This document shows, piece after piece, positions 52,044 through 62,800 of a DNA stretch of 64,000 bases (positions are counted from its first letter, which is position 1; each line of letters starts with the position of its first letter). The notes under the pieces are model-generated. The model saw only the letters and a program-made list of their open reading frames with translations. It was not told where the DNA came from and did not search any database. Both the position numbers and the translations under genes were made by a program. Origin of the DNA: Candidatus Magasanikiibacteriota bacterium (GTDB lineage: Bacteria > Patescibacteriota > Patescibacteriia > Magasanikbacterales > GWA2-37-8); assembly GCA_017991415.1 (NCBI GenBank), contig JAGOQR010000001.1, forward strand, positions 405,992-469,991, in the 5' to 3' direction.

Positions 52044-52280
52044 TAAAAAAGAGGGCAAAAGACATTATACCATTTCTAAAAAAAATGTGCCAAATGGGCA
52101 AGATTGGCCTTAAATAAGAGCAAAGAAAAGAAAAGAAAACTTATACCCGTAATTATCCACAGGGTCATAAATTAAAAACGAGCTCTTAAAAATATTTTAA
52201 AAAATAAACTAGGGTAGACTTAGCAATTCTTTTAAGATATAATTTAAAATGTTCTAACTACTAGTTATACCAAACCACTT

Positions 52281-53315
52281 ATGGAGGATTTTACCCTAGA
52301 AGAACAACCCAGACTTACCACTCCCGAAGCCGACACCGAAGAAGTGACGCTCGATATTACTTTGCGTCCACAAAAACTAGAAGATTTTATTGGCCAAGCA
52401 CAGATTAAGCAAAACTTGGGTATTTCTATGCAAGCTGCCAACAAACGTGGCGAAATGCTCGAGCACATCTTGCTCTATGGCAATCCAGGACTTGGCAAAA
52501 CTACTCTAGCCAATATTATTGCCCGAGAAATGAATAGTAATATCAAGATTACTTCGGGACCAACTCTAGAAAAAGTAGGTGATTTAGCTGCCATCTTATC
52601 CAATTTACAAAACGGAGAGATTCTTTTCATTGACGAAATTCATCGACTAAACAAAACTATTGAAGAAGTCCTCTATCCAGCTCTAGAAGATTACTCGCTA
52701 GATATAATTATCGGCAAAGGCCCTGCCGCTCGCACTATACGTATGCCGCTCGCCAAATTTACTCTTATTGGTGCGACCACCAAAATCGGTATGATTTCTG
52801 CCCCACTACGCGACCGTTTTGGGCATACATTTCATTTAGATTTTTATAACCACGAAGATATCGAAACAATTCTCGCACGTAACGCTAAAATTTTAACAAT
52901 GGACATAGAATCAGAAGCCGGTGCGCTCATTGCAAAACGGTCTCGTCGCACGCCGCGCATTGCCAACCGCCTCTTAAAAAGAGTGCGTGATTTTGCAGAA
53001 GTAAAACATAACGGTACTGTAAATAAAAAAATTGCAGACGAAGCTTTGAATATGCTGGCCATAGACGAACTAGGACTCGACGAAACGGATCGAAGGCTAC
53101 TCGAAACATTAATAGAAAAATTTAATGGTGGCCCTGCTGGCCTTAATACACTCGCCGCTGCCATCAGCGAAGAGATGGATACTATCGAATCAATTTACGA
53201 GCCATTTCTATTACAAACAGGGTTTTTGGAACGAACTCCCCGTGGACGCAAGGCTACCCCTGCAGCCTATCGACACTTAGGATACGATATACCAAAAAAC
53301 CAAACCCTACTCTAA
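52281..53315 (+). CDS. ruvB: Holliday junction branch-migration ATPase RuvB
   Basis: [12 protein letters not shown], Walker [12 protein letters not shown]; 344 aa. Confidence 0.95.
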   Translation: MEDFTLEEQPRLTTPEADTEEVTLDITLRPQKLEDFIGQAQIKQNLGISMQAANKRGEMLEHILLYGNPGLGKTTLANIIAREMNSNIKITSGPTLEKVGDLAAILSNLQNGEILFIDEIHRLNKTIEEVLYPALEDYSLDIIIGKGPAARTIRMPLAKFTLIGATTKIGMISAPLRDRFGHTFHLDFYNHEDIETILARNAKILTMDIESEAGALIAKRSRRTPRIANRLLKRVRDFAEVKHNGTVNKKIADEALNMLAIDELGLDETDRRLLETLIEKFNGGPAGLNTLAAAISEEMDTIESIYEPFLLQTGFLERTPRGRKATPAAYRHLGYDIPKNQTLL

Positions 53316-53353
53316 ATTAAAATAGGGCGCGCTATACGCCCAACCACGTTATT

Positions 53354-53632
53354 ATGATTATAATACCCCTCTATTTCCTTTTTATACTCTACGGTATTTT
53401 CTTACTTGTATTTTTTACATTTTTTTTCATAAATTTTTTTCATATCATTTTAACTGGCACTGCCACTTTTAAAAGCTTTCTTGTTACGTGCATTGTTATA
53501 GCTGCATCTGCCTTAACCTTCTACGGAACCTGGTATTATTTACAGGACATCAACTGGACGGAAACATTATTCACCTTAAACCTCGGATCAATTACTAATT
53601 TATTCCAATCAGGAAATGGAGAATATTTTTAA
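53354..53632 (+). CDS. hypothetical small membrane protein (92 aa)
   Basis: Two hydrophobic helices; ATG verified; weak evidence. Confidence 0.35.
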   Translation: MIIIPLYFLFILYGIFLLVFFTFFFINFFHIILTGTATFKSFLVTCIVIAASALTFYGTWYYLQDINWTETLFTLNLGSITNLFQSGNGEYF

Positions 53633-53641
53633 TGTACCAAT

Positions 53642-54184
53642 ATGCCTCTTAACAATCTTATCCATCAAAAATCATACGAAAAAATAGTTCTCACCTGTCG
53701 AAGACACCCGATAACTTTTTTGCCATACATACTTTTTTCTCTTCTCCTTCTCACTGCCCCTGTTGGCGTTTACTGGCTTTTAGCCAACTCTTCTCTTAAT
53801 GCACTTTTACAGACACCGAATGGATATATTATCGCGATCCTAAGTGCCAGTGTTTATTATTTATTTAGTTATTTATTTTTTTATACTAATTTTGTCACGT
53901 TTCATCTGGATCTATGGATTGTTACTAATGACAGACTTCTTGATATGGAACAGAAAAGCCTCTTCCATCGCACAATTTCTGAAGTTGATTTATACCAAAT
54001 TCAAGACGCCACCTCTGAAGTACATGGACTATTCCCTTCTATTTTTAACTACGGAAATATTATTTTGCAAACTGCTGGCCCTGTCCCAAAATTTTATTTT
54101 AGAAATGTGGCAAATCCAAATGAATTGCGAGAAAAAATATTACATCTGGCTTCTGAGGATAAAAAATTCCACGAAAAGCACTAA
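53642..54184 (+). CDS. hypothetical membrane protein (180 aa)
   Basis: Two N-terminal TM helices, PH-like C-terminal region; ATG verified. Confidence 0.45.
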   Translation: MPLNNLIHQKSYEKIVLTCRRHPITFLPYILFSLLLLTAPVGVYWLLANSSLNALLQTPNGYIIAILSASVYYLFSYLFFYTNFVTFHLDLWIVTNDRLLDMEQKSLFHRTISEVDLYQIQDATSEVHGLFPSIFNYGNIILQTAGPVPKFYFRNVANPNELREKILHLASEDKKFHEKH

Positions 54185-54189
54185 AATAT

Positions 54190-54222
54190 AAAAACCCTAC
54201 TATACTGTAGGGTTTTTTAAAA
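54190..54222. terminator. bidirectional terminator (aaaaccctac-tatactg-tagggtttttt)
   Basis: Perfect inverted repeat with flanking A/T runs between convergent genes. Confidence 0.65.
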
Positions 54223-55260
54223 AATCTTTTCTACCGTAGTACCAGAGTAATAATACTCTAAAATTTGTTGATAATTCCAATCATCTTTTGCAGCATGCTG
54301 CTGCGCATCACTATTACTCATACCAATACCATGTCCTAGCATTTTTTTTCCTTTATCATACGTTGCTACTACGCTTTTGAGCCACGGTCTATCTTTTCCA
54401 CCATTCTTAGTATTGCCACTAGAACGACTAAAATAAAAAGTGATAACAGGGTTGTTATTATATGTTACAAGTTCTCCAGAAGTAGCCAGGGCTGCACTTA
54501 CAAATTTAGGCATAAATAATTCCGAATTATACCCCAAATATAATTGATCGGCGGTCGTAGCATAGACATCAAACATTCTTTTTTCTGTAGGTGGTTTTTT
54601 ACTTATTAAGGCATAGGCATACGAACGAGCTGCAACAGCTAAAGCCTTACTGTATTCAATCGGCGCATCATCGTGCGTTTCGGCTATGCCTTTTACATAC
54701 AAATCCAAAGGAAGCTCATTTATAATATACGGCAGCTTACTTTTGGGTGAGTATCTATACTCAAGCGTACCGCGATATACATTAAAATTAATCTTTTTTC
54801 TTCCTGCAACTAATCGAGTATAATTTGTAAGACTAAAAAAATTTGCACTATCTTCTGGAACCAATCTAAAATAATCTGCTGAGCCAAACTCAAGATTGGG
54901 GCTTTTTAAGAAATAACTTCCTTTTTTATACGATAACTGCACTGCCTCTGCTGGCAAAATAACTCCTCGTAGTACGCCTCCGCTCCAAACCGTATAAGAA
55001 AATTCTGATGTAAAGGTAATAGGTTCGCTTGTTTTGTAGAGACCAACCCTAATTACTGGCTCGTCGATACGACTTGGCTCTTTTACCCCAACCTCTTCGG
55101 ACTGCAGAACTGTTACCCCTGAATCTGCAACAACAGAAGAATACACAGAAGTAGCGTCGGGAAAATAGTCTGTATCTACAGCAGCTAGCACTGGACTAAC
55201 ACCGACTACAAAAATACTTGCTCCAATCAATAAATTTTTCAAAGATAAGGGTATGTTCAT
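54217..55260 (-). CDS. SpoIID/LytB-family protein (peptidoglycan lytic transglycosylase/amidase enhancer)
   Basis: YFSRSSGNTKNGG and GHGIGMSNSDAQQHA motifs; signal peptide from the verified ATG at 55260 (the track start is GTG). Confidence 0.75.
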   Translation of the reverse strand: MNIPLSLKNLLIGASIFVVGVSPVLAAVDTDYFPDATSVYSSVVADSGVTVLQSEEVGVKEPSRIDEPVIRVGLYKTSEPITFTSEFSYTVWSGGVLRGVILPAEAVQLSYKKGSYFLKSPNLEFGSADYFRLVPEDSANFFSLTNYTRLVAGRKKINFNVYRGTLEYRYSPKSKLPYIINELPLDLYVKGIAETHDDAPIEYSKALAVAARSYAYALISKKPPTEKRMFDVYATTADQLYLGYNSELFMPKFVSAALATSGELVTYNNNPVITFYFSRSSGNTKNGGKDRPWLKSVVATYDKGKKMLGHGIGMSNSDAQQHAAKDDWNYQQILEYYYSGTTVEKIF

Positions 55261-55324
55261 AACTATATGATTATACCATAAAAATAAATACACACCCAGA
55301 TACGGTGTGTATTTATTTAGTTTT

Positions 55325-57067
55325 TTATTTTAATCCTTTTTCTATTTGACCCACTTCTTTATTAATGAACTTTTCAGCCGCATTGAGCTGGTTTTTGAGC
55401 TGAGACAAAATTTTAGCCTCTTCTTTTGTTAGCTCTCTTTTTAACCGTACCCTTTCTAGGGTTGAAACTTGTTTACGAGTACTTTCTCGTAACTCATCAA
55501 AGGCCGTATGCACATTTTTTTCTACGACCTCCACCTCTGTCCTGACTTTATTTTTTAACATTCTAAACTTGTGCCAAATATAAAGAACTAGTACTAGTAA
55601 CAAAATAACCAAGCCTAACAAAGCAATAACGAGGGTCGCGTACCCTATTACCAAAGAACCTATTCTAAACAGTGCTCTTTGTGTGCTCGTAATAATAATT
55701 TTTTCACTCGGATTACTCTTTGCTCCTTTTTCATTTTGCGCTCGAGCCCAAACGGAATATTCTCCTTCTGCCAATCGTTTTTCAAAGATAAATTTAAAAT
55801 TTCCATTTTCGTCCGACTTCACAGACTGAGATACGGCTTCAGCGCCATCTTTTTGAAGATAAAAAGTAATAGTAACATCAGGGTAACTGTTACCTAATAC
55901 AACTAAATTCTGACCAACAAACAGCTCTTGGGGATACTCTACAAGATTAGGAGAATCTATTGGATTTACGGTAAGCTCAAGTGAAGAAGTAAGATAGTTA
56001 CCAGCTTTATCGATAGCTTTGGCAACAACCGTATGCATACCTGGATCCAAAGGTTCTGTTCTAAAAATATGACCCCCTTCATCAAACCAAATCGTAGGCA
56101 ACCCATTGTCTATTACAATTTCGTATTTACCTATTTCCGAACCGCCATCCCGAGCTTTCATATACAGCTGCGCAACAGGGTCAAGAGAGTTTATTGGCTC
56201 TGACAAAGACATGTCAAAAAAATCTGGCTTTTGCGTATCTATCTGAAATTGATAGTGCGTAACTGGACCCCAACCAGAAGAGTTTCTTACACGAATATGA
56301 AAATACCAGCTTCCCTCTTCTACATCTGAATACGTGTACGAACTCATAACCCCGTCAGATTTAGTTCCAGGGTTAGTGTTGGGGTTATGGTCTCCCAAAA
56401 TACTTACCCCCGTAGTGCCTGGTGGTAAAATCCAGGAAAATTTTGGGTCATTACCTGCACACCAGCCGTCTGGTGGCGGACAATTTATTGAGCTAACTTT
56501 AGGAGCATTTGGAATAGTGTTTACTTCTGGCGGTGATACCACATCGTCATTTATAGATCCTGGATCTGTAAGAACAAAATTAGCCGATCCTAACCCTTTT
56601 AAAATATTAGTGCCATTTCCATCGTTGGCCAAAACCGAACCAGAAGACAATCTAATTGTTGCTTGACCTGCCGCTTTAGCCTTTAGCGTGACAGTGATTA
56701 TTTTTCCTGCCGAACCAGTGTACCCAGGATTTAAGACAACACCTTCAAAGTTAACACTGCCCGCACTAAAAGAAGGCTCCTGCGCCCATAAAGAAAAAAT
56801 TGACCCAGATTTTGAAACAGACACCACCTCCAATTTATCAGTAGGAATATCAAGCTCTCCCGATGCAGCGTTCATAGACTGGTCTGAAGCAGAAACAAAA
56901 ATTGATATAGAAAAATTTTTACCAACCTGCTTGGTGCCAGAATCTGGCGAAAAATAAAGAGTAGCTGCTCGCGTATGTGATCCAATAAAAAAAAGTACAA
57001 AAAAAGACAAAAAATATATTGTCTTTTTTACAAATCCTAAAATTATTTTTTTATTTTTCTCTTCCAT
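55325..57067 (-). CDS. cohesin-like-domain surface protein with a C-terminal TM anchor and coiled-coil tail
   Basis: ATG at 57067 preceded by GGAGG; signal peptide; ...SGELDIPTDKLEVVSV...GKIITVTLKAKAAGQATIRL beta-sandwich (cohesin-like, inference); TM IGYATLVIALLGLVILLLVLVLYIW. Confidence 0.45.
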   Translation of the reverse strand: MEEKNKKIILGFVKKTIYFLSFFVLFFIGSHTRAATLYFSPDSGTKQVGKNFSISIFVSASDQSMNAASGELDIPTDKLEVVSVSKSGSIFSLWAQEPSFSAGSVNFEGVVLNPGYTGSAGKIITVTLKAKAAGQATIRLSSGSVLANDGNGTNILKGLGSANFVLTDPGSINDDVVSPPEVNTIPNAPKVSSINCPPPDGWCAGNDPKFSWILPPGTTGVSILGDHNPNTNPGTKSDGVMSSYTYSDVEEGSWYFHIRVRNSSGWGPVTHYQFQIDTQKPDFFDMSLSEPINSLDPVAQLYMKARDGGSEIGKYEIVIDNGLPTIWFDEGGHIFRTEPLDPGMHTVVAKAIDKAGNYLTSSLELTVNPIDSPNLVEYPQELFVGQNLVVLGNSYPDVTITFYLQKDGAEAVSQSVKSDENGNFKFIFEKRLAEGEYSVWARAQNEKGAKSNPSEKIIITSTQRALFRIGSLVIGYATLVIALLGLVILLLVLVLYIWHKFRMLKNKVRTEVEVVEKNVHTAFDELRESTRKQVSTLERVRLKRELTKEEAKILSQLKNQLNAAEKFINKEVGQIEKGLK

Positions 57068-57954
57068 AGGAAGCCTCCTAAACACAGAAGTAATAATACG
57101 ATTATTATACACCAAAACCAAATATTTTGATACAGTTTTTGCTGAGAAAGAGGTGACACAATAGAAATAATTTCATTACCAGCTTTATCTATAGCTTTAA
57201 TATATACAAAACTGCGTCGATCTTGATCCAAAAGAACTTCTGGATTTTGTGCAGCACGCCACTGTAGTTTTGTATAATCAGATATTTGCTGCCCCGCTTG
57301 TTCGGCTATTTCATAGTGGCTTATGCCTGATTTTTTATCCTGGGTATAAAAAACAGCTACCCATTTATTTTTATCTAGACTTTCATTTTTTATAACCTCA
57401 ACAAATAATGGCTCTGGTTTTTCTGTATCGAACAGAGCAGGCAAAGGAGGTATCGAAACGCCACGCAAAACTACAATAGTAGCGGGTGTAAAAGTTGTCT
57501 CAGCTTTAGTGCCCTGACCATCACTTATTAGAGCCGCCAAACTATCACTCACCCTAATAACTCCCTCCCCTTCTTTTGTTGCAGAAAACACCAAAGAAAA
57601 AATCTTTCCTTGCTCACCTTGACTATTATAGCCACCAGGGGTAATGCCAGCAAAATCTACTACCCCGGCAGTATTTCCTTGTGCTGGATTTTTAACCCAC
57701 AAGGCCACAACCGAATCTGCACTCCTAATTTCTTTTAAAGAAAAAATAGTGCTATCAAATACAACCGAGCCCTCGATAGCATTTATATTTTCCATTTTTG
57801 TATCGAGGAGAAAATCTACTTGAAATTCTTGACCTGGACCAACCTTGGCTGGAGAATCAAAAGAAAAATTAGCTGCAAAAACAGGATTGGCTAAAAATCC
57901 AAAACTAATTACTGTAGAGACAAAAAATATACTTATTACTGTTATTATTTTCAT
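57043..57954 (-). CDS. cohesin-like-domain surface protein with a C-terminal TM
   Basis: Signal peptide; QEFQVDFLLDTKMENINAIEGSVVFD...GKIFSLVFSATKEGEGVIRV; C-terminal TM WFWCIIIVLLLLCLGGFLW. Confidence 0.45.
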   Translation of the reverse strand: MKIITVISIFFVSTVISFGFLANPVFAANFSFDSPAKVGPGQEFQVDFLLDTKMENINAIEGSVVFDSTIFSLKEIRSADSVVALWVKNPAQGNTAGVVDFAGITPGGYNSQGEQGKIFSLVFSATKEGEGVIRVSDSLAALISDGQGTKAETTFTPATIVVLRGVSIPPLPALFDTEKPEPLFVEVIKNESLDKNKWVAVFYTQDKKSGISHYEIAEQAGQQISDYTKLQWRAAQNPEVLLDQDRRSFVYIKAIDKAGNEIISIVSPLSQQKLYQNIWFWCIIIVLLLLCLGGFLWKRKIKK

Positions 57955-57986
57955 AACTAATTATCTATAGTACACACTTTTTCCAA

Positions 57987-59297
57987 CTAACCTGTCCAAT
58001 AATATGCAATGATACTCATATCCACCAGATCAACCTTACCATCGCCATTTAGCCTTTCTACTTCAATTGATTTAAATGATTCGCTGATAGAACGCTTATA
58101 CCAATAGGCAGCAATGGAAAAGTCGATTAAATTTACCTTACCATCTTTATTCAAATCCCCTTTTAAAAATTTTGTTTCTGTTTTTGTTATATTTTTATCA
58201 CCCACACTAAAACCTACAACTTTACCAAAACTACTAATCTCGTTACTTACCGCTGCTTTGGATTTAGTAGAGTGTTCACCAAGCTCAAGCACAGTTGTAT
58301 CAAAATTATACAAATAAGCGCCACCTGTATCACTTTTAGTTTTTGCAAAAATTTCATTTTCTGAATTTACCACAATGGTAACATCGGCGTTAGGACTACT
58401 TTGACCAAAAATAGCAATATTATCGCCTTTTTTTACCTGACTCTTATCCACATTAATAGTTGGCGCTATAAAAATACCACTCACATTTGTGGTTGCTCCA
58501 GCGGTTACCCCAACCGGAAAACTGAGGAGACTAGAACGATTACTTTGACTATCTTCACTATATAAAGAAAAGATATAATTACCCCCAGATAATCCAGATA
58601 ATGTTATCTGAAAGTTGGCATCTGCCCCAGCTACAGTAGTGGCTGCCACTTGTGCATCTTTGAGGAGCGTAATAGTACTCCTTGGATATGCACGACCAGA
58701 AAAAATTACTGTTGTTTGTGGAACAGAAGGAACTCCGCCAACCCCTCCTCCACCTGCACCCCCACCTGTTTCAGCTGGAGCTGTAGGGAGCGCCGAAACT
58801 TGACTAGAAGTAACAACTGCATCTCCAAAAAAATCTAAGGCTCTTACCACAAAATAATAGGTAGTGCCATTGGCAAGCCCAGAAGCGGTATTTGCCAAAA
58901 CAGCACCCACATTTGTAAAAGTGTAAGGTCCGCCAGAGACGGTAGAGCGACCAACAGAATACCCGCTAATCGTAAACCCTAAAGAACCTACGGCAGATGT
59001 CCAACCAAGAGAAACTTGCGCATTTCCAGCTGTAGCCGAGATAATGGGCGTAGTTACAGAAGGAAAATAAAAAAAACCAGCCCGACTGATAAAGGCGCTG
59101 CTGGAATTTTCTCCGATAATAATTTGTCCTGAACCACTAAACAATTGAAAGTTGGTGGAGGTCGATTTTGCTCCACTCACACTTACAACCGGATTGGAAT
59201 CCACAAAATTAGTCGAACTGAATTCTTGAGCTAAAACAACGGTCGCTATAAACGAGCAGAGTAAAATTAAAAATGTGACTAGTTTTCTTGTAGCCAT
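57987..59297 (-). CDS. secreted FN3-like/Gly-rich protein with a C-terminal type I dockerin
   Basis: Two calcium-binding repeats DLNKDGKVNLIDFSIAA and RLNGDGKVDLVDMSIIA; signal peptide. Confidence 0.6.
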   Translation of the reverse strand: MATRKLVTFLILLCSFIATVVLAQEFSSTNFVDSNPVVSVSGAKSTSTNFQLFSGSGQIIIGENSSSAFISRAGFFYFPSVTTPIISATAGNAQVSLGWTSAVGSLGFTISGYSVGRSTVSGGPYTFTNVGAVLANTASGLANGTTYYFVVRALDFFGDAVVTSSQVSALPTAPAETGGGAGGGGVGGVPSVPQTTVIFSGRAYPRSTITLLKDAQVAATTVAGADANFQITLSGLSGGNYIFSLYSEDSQSNRSSLLSFPVGVTAGATTNVSGIFIAPTINVDKSQVKKGDNIAIFGQSSPNADVTIVVNSENEIFAKTKSDTGGAYLYNFDTTVLELGEHSTKSKAAVSNEISSFGKVVGFSVGDKNITKTETKFLKGDLNKDGKVNLIDFSIAAYWYKRSISESFKSIEVERLNGDGKVDLVDMSIIAYYWTG

Positions 59298-59329
59298 AAT
59301 TTTTCCTACAGCTTACCGACCGAAACTAA

Positions 59330-59731
59330 CTACTGCTCTGTTGGAGTTGGGGTAGGTGCTGGAGTTGGACTACCGATTACCAAAGGAGCTATTTCAATAA
59401 TTTTATTCTCAGTTGGGCGATACATAATAGCTTTTAGGGCTGTGGTGTAGATTAACACTTTATCCCCAGTGGCAGCTTTGGCAAAAAATGTTTGTTCTGC
59501 TTTGAGCTTGTCTGGATCGGTAACCGTGGCGATAGTCGGCGCCTCTCCTTCAGGAAGGAGAACTAATTTTCCAACTGCATCAATTATTTTTTGATTTTCT
59601 TCTTGCGCGACTTCTTGCGGACTAACTTTTAACTTTCGATTTTGACTATAAAACATAAAGCTGGTACCGGCGAGTATAAGAACCAAAACTCCTAATACCA
59701 CAGAAACTAGTTTTAAATTATTTGTTGGCAT
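59330..59731 (-). CDS. hypothetical membrane-anchored protein with a Pro/Thr-rich tail
   Basis: N-terminal TM, C-terminal PTPAPTPTPT. Confidence 0.4.
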   Translation of the reverse strand: MPTNNLKLVSVVLGVLVLILAGTSFMFYSQNRKLKVSPQEVAQEENQKIIDAVGKLVLLPEGEAPTIATVTDPDKLKAEQTFFAKAATGDKVLIYTTALKAIMYRPTENKIIEIAPLVIGSPTPAPTPTPTEQ

Positions 59732-59871
59732 ATATTAATAAATATAATAAATGTAATGTTACTTATTAGATGAAAGCAATTACTTTCTTTTTGCGACCTT
59801 TAATTTAAAAAGATAAAACTTTTGCTAAATTATACCACATTCTTTATTTAAGAGTAAATAAGATTGCCAAT

Positions 59872-62800
59872 TTATGGACTTGGGATAATTTCTGTAGTTG
59901 AAGAGCTGGGTTCGGGCGCACTACTTTCAGGGGCGAGTTCGACCGAAGGCGGCTCAACAACCTCTTCTGTTTCAGGCGTGATCGTAGGGGCAAGCGGCTC
60001 ACTTTCTGGTGTTGAAGTTTCTATAATAACTGGCTCCGGAACACTCTCTTCCTGGGGCTCAATTGCTGCAGGCGCTTCGGGCTCATCAGCATTAGGCGAA
60101 CTTGGATTTTGGATAAATAATTTTGGATTTTTTATAGCAAGAGCAAGCCAATCAAACCTAACGTCAAACGGTGCTGGCTTATTTAACATAATAGTAAATC
60201 CTTTTGCAGTAACTCGAGAAACCAAATACCTAATATCTGCACTAAACACAGCGTCTGCTTGAGCCTGAGTAAATTCTAAATCTTGTACAATTGTAGTTGT
60301 TGTATATGTAATAGTAGTTGTTCCCACAATAGTCGTAGTAGTTATTTCTATAGAGCTAGTAACATCTTCAAAAGACATAGTTACTTGTACCACTGGCTTA
60401 TTTATATATTCACGATCAAAAGTAATTACGACTTCTCTAGTACCAGAAGCTACTACAGCATAACCACCGGAATCAGAGTTTAGATATGGTCTGCCAAAGA
60501 AAATCGTGTCACTCATCATGGTAGTAGTGCCGGAAACAGAACCAATTACATCTGTTTGCAGGCCTGCTTTAAACAAAACTGCATACTCGAATTGTAAGCC
60601 ACTACCTTGTGTAAACACACTCATATCAAGTGCTGTGGCAGAACTTGTGGCAGTGCTAGTAGCGGTGAGAGAGCTTAATAATAATTCATTAGCAGAAACA
60701 CGCGTACTGAGATCTGCGATTGTGGAACTGACACTACTTAAACCTTCTACTAATATTCCTAAACTAGAAGTTATAGAACTAATTAATGGACTTTCGATGT
60801 CAACTACTGAAAGTTTTAATAATTGTAAGTTTCCACTAATTGAAACATCACCGGCAAACGTGCTGGAACCAATCGCCATTAGACCGCTTAGGAATGTAGC
60901 AGTACTACTTACCTGCAAAGAACCTACTTCCATTCCGGCTATAGAAAGGTACGAAGGTGTCGAAGACGCATCGTTTAATTCACTTACAGCATCTGCGAGC
61001 ATTGATAATTTATTTGTAAGGATATTTAATCCGATAATTTCATTGGCAGTTATTGAATTTGCAGTTAAGCTACCAGCAAAGAAACCGTTGCCAAGGCTAT
61101 CAAAGGTAATTACCGGAGTGGAAGATGCAGATGAAATAGTACTAGAAGTGGTGGTGACACCAAAAATACTAAACAGCTCTCCGTCTGCCAATGAAAGCCC
61201 TAAACCTTCTCCAGAGAAAGACTCTATCGTGTCTGCAATTAAGCGCTGAGCAATAACTTGCGGAGTAATTACTTCTAATCCAGCCATTACTCTATCAGTA
61301 AATATTTCTGATGTAGTGCTACTGGCTACAAAACTTTCCTTATCCGCTATCATTTTAGTAAGAATAATACGACTCAAATCAAATCCTTCCGGAATTACCG
61401 ACATATCCAAGCCTTTATCTTCCAGGATTCTTTGCATTGCCATACCGTTGAAATACGCACTGCTTACCAACACTAAAACCTTACAAACCTGACCAGTTTC
61501 ACATGTAGCGTCTTGTAGCGCTGTTCCAATGATTCTTCCACTTTTTATAGCGCGCATTGCTACACCAGGAATAGAAGAAATTGCTAGAGAATCGCCAGCT
61601 TTAACTAACCCATTTTCATCGGACACATTTACTGGCACGCGCCCAGCCAAAGCAATTGGTTTAGCATTTGTACTTGCACCAAGCAAATCTCCACCCATTA
61701 CTTCAAATGGCATGGTAGATACGATACCAACTATACTACTACCTGGTTTTGCCTTTTCTAAAATTGATGTTTTTTCTAAACCTAAATTAAACGAGTTGTA
61801 TTCTAACATGTCTACTCCCACCGACACTATATCACCAGGCACAACATCGGTTTTTGTTTCATACCATTCGGCAAGGTCACCACCGCTTGCAACATAAGAA
61901 GTTACTACTACAGCTCCAACAGCTCCATTCCCAGCAGCAGCCGGAGTAGCGGTGCTACTATCTTCTTCTCTATTTCCACCACCACCCGATCCCCAGTTTG
62001 TACCATTCGGACCAACGACCGCACCATTGGCAACATCTTGCGCACCAACACTACCAGGGCCCCAATAACTTGCTCCACCTCTACCACCTTGAGCTAATTC
62101 TGCTGCACAAATACCATTTGCACCTTCACCTCCAGGTATGTTTATATCACCACCGGTTGCAGCACCACCAGAACCACCCGAACCACCATCTGCAGCCACA
62201 GTACAAGCATTACCATTTGCTTGACCCCTTCCAGGCAAACCTGGCGAGGAAGTCATAAACCCACCAAAAGTGGATGTATTACCAATACTTCCAAGACCAA
62301 CAGAAGTAGCACCGGCACCACCAGCTCCGATAGTAAAGGATGCTGTGCTACCTAAACTAATCCCGTCAAATAATTTTATAGCAGTTCCACCACCACCACC
62401 GCCGCCGCCCGCATGTTCTGAGGTAGTGTCTGCACCAGCGCCCGCCGCTGCACCACCACCACCGCCGCCACCGGTAACAATTACTTGAGCAAAGTCTATT
62501 CCAGCCGGTTTTGTCCAGGTACCACTTCCTGCGGAACTAGATACAAAAATATCAAAACTATCTACCCCACCACCACAACCAATACAACTACCTACTGTAA
62601 GAGTAGTAATATTAGCATGGGTGATTGTAGAACTAGAAATTGTAGTGGTATTAAAGGAAGTTGTAGAAGTAAAAGAAATTGAACCGTTTACCATTGCCAT
62701 TAGCGAAGTACCCGTTACCGAAGTAGTGGTATGATAAAAAGCAAAGTAATTAGCTGTGGAAGTGTTTACACCTCCTGCAGCTCCACCGCTTGTAGCAATA

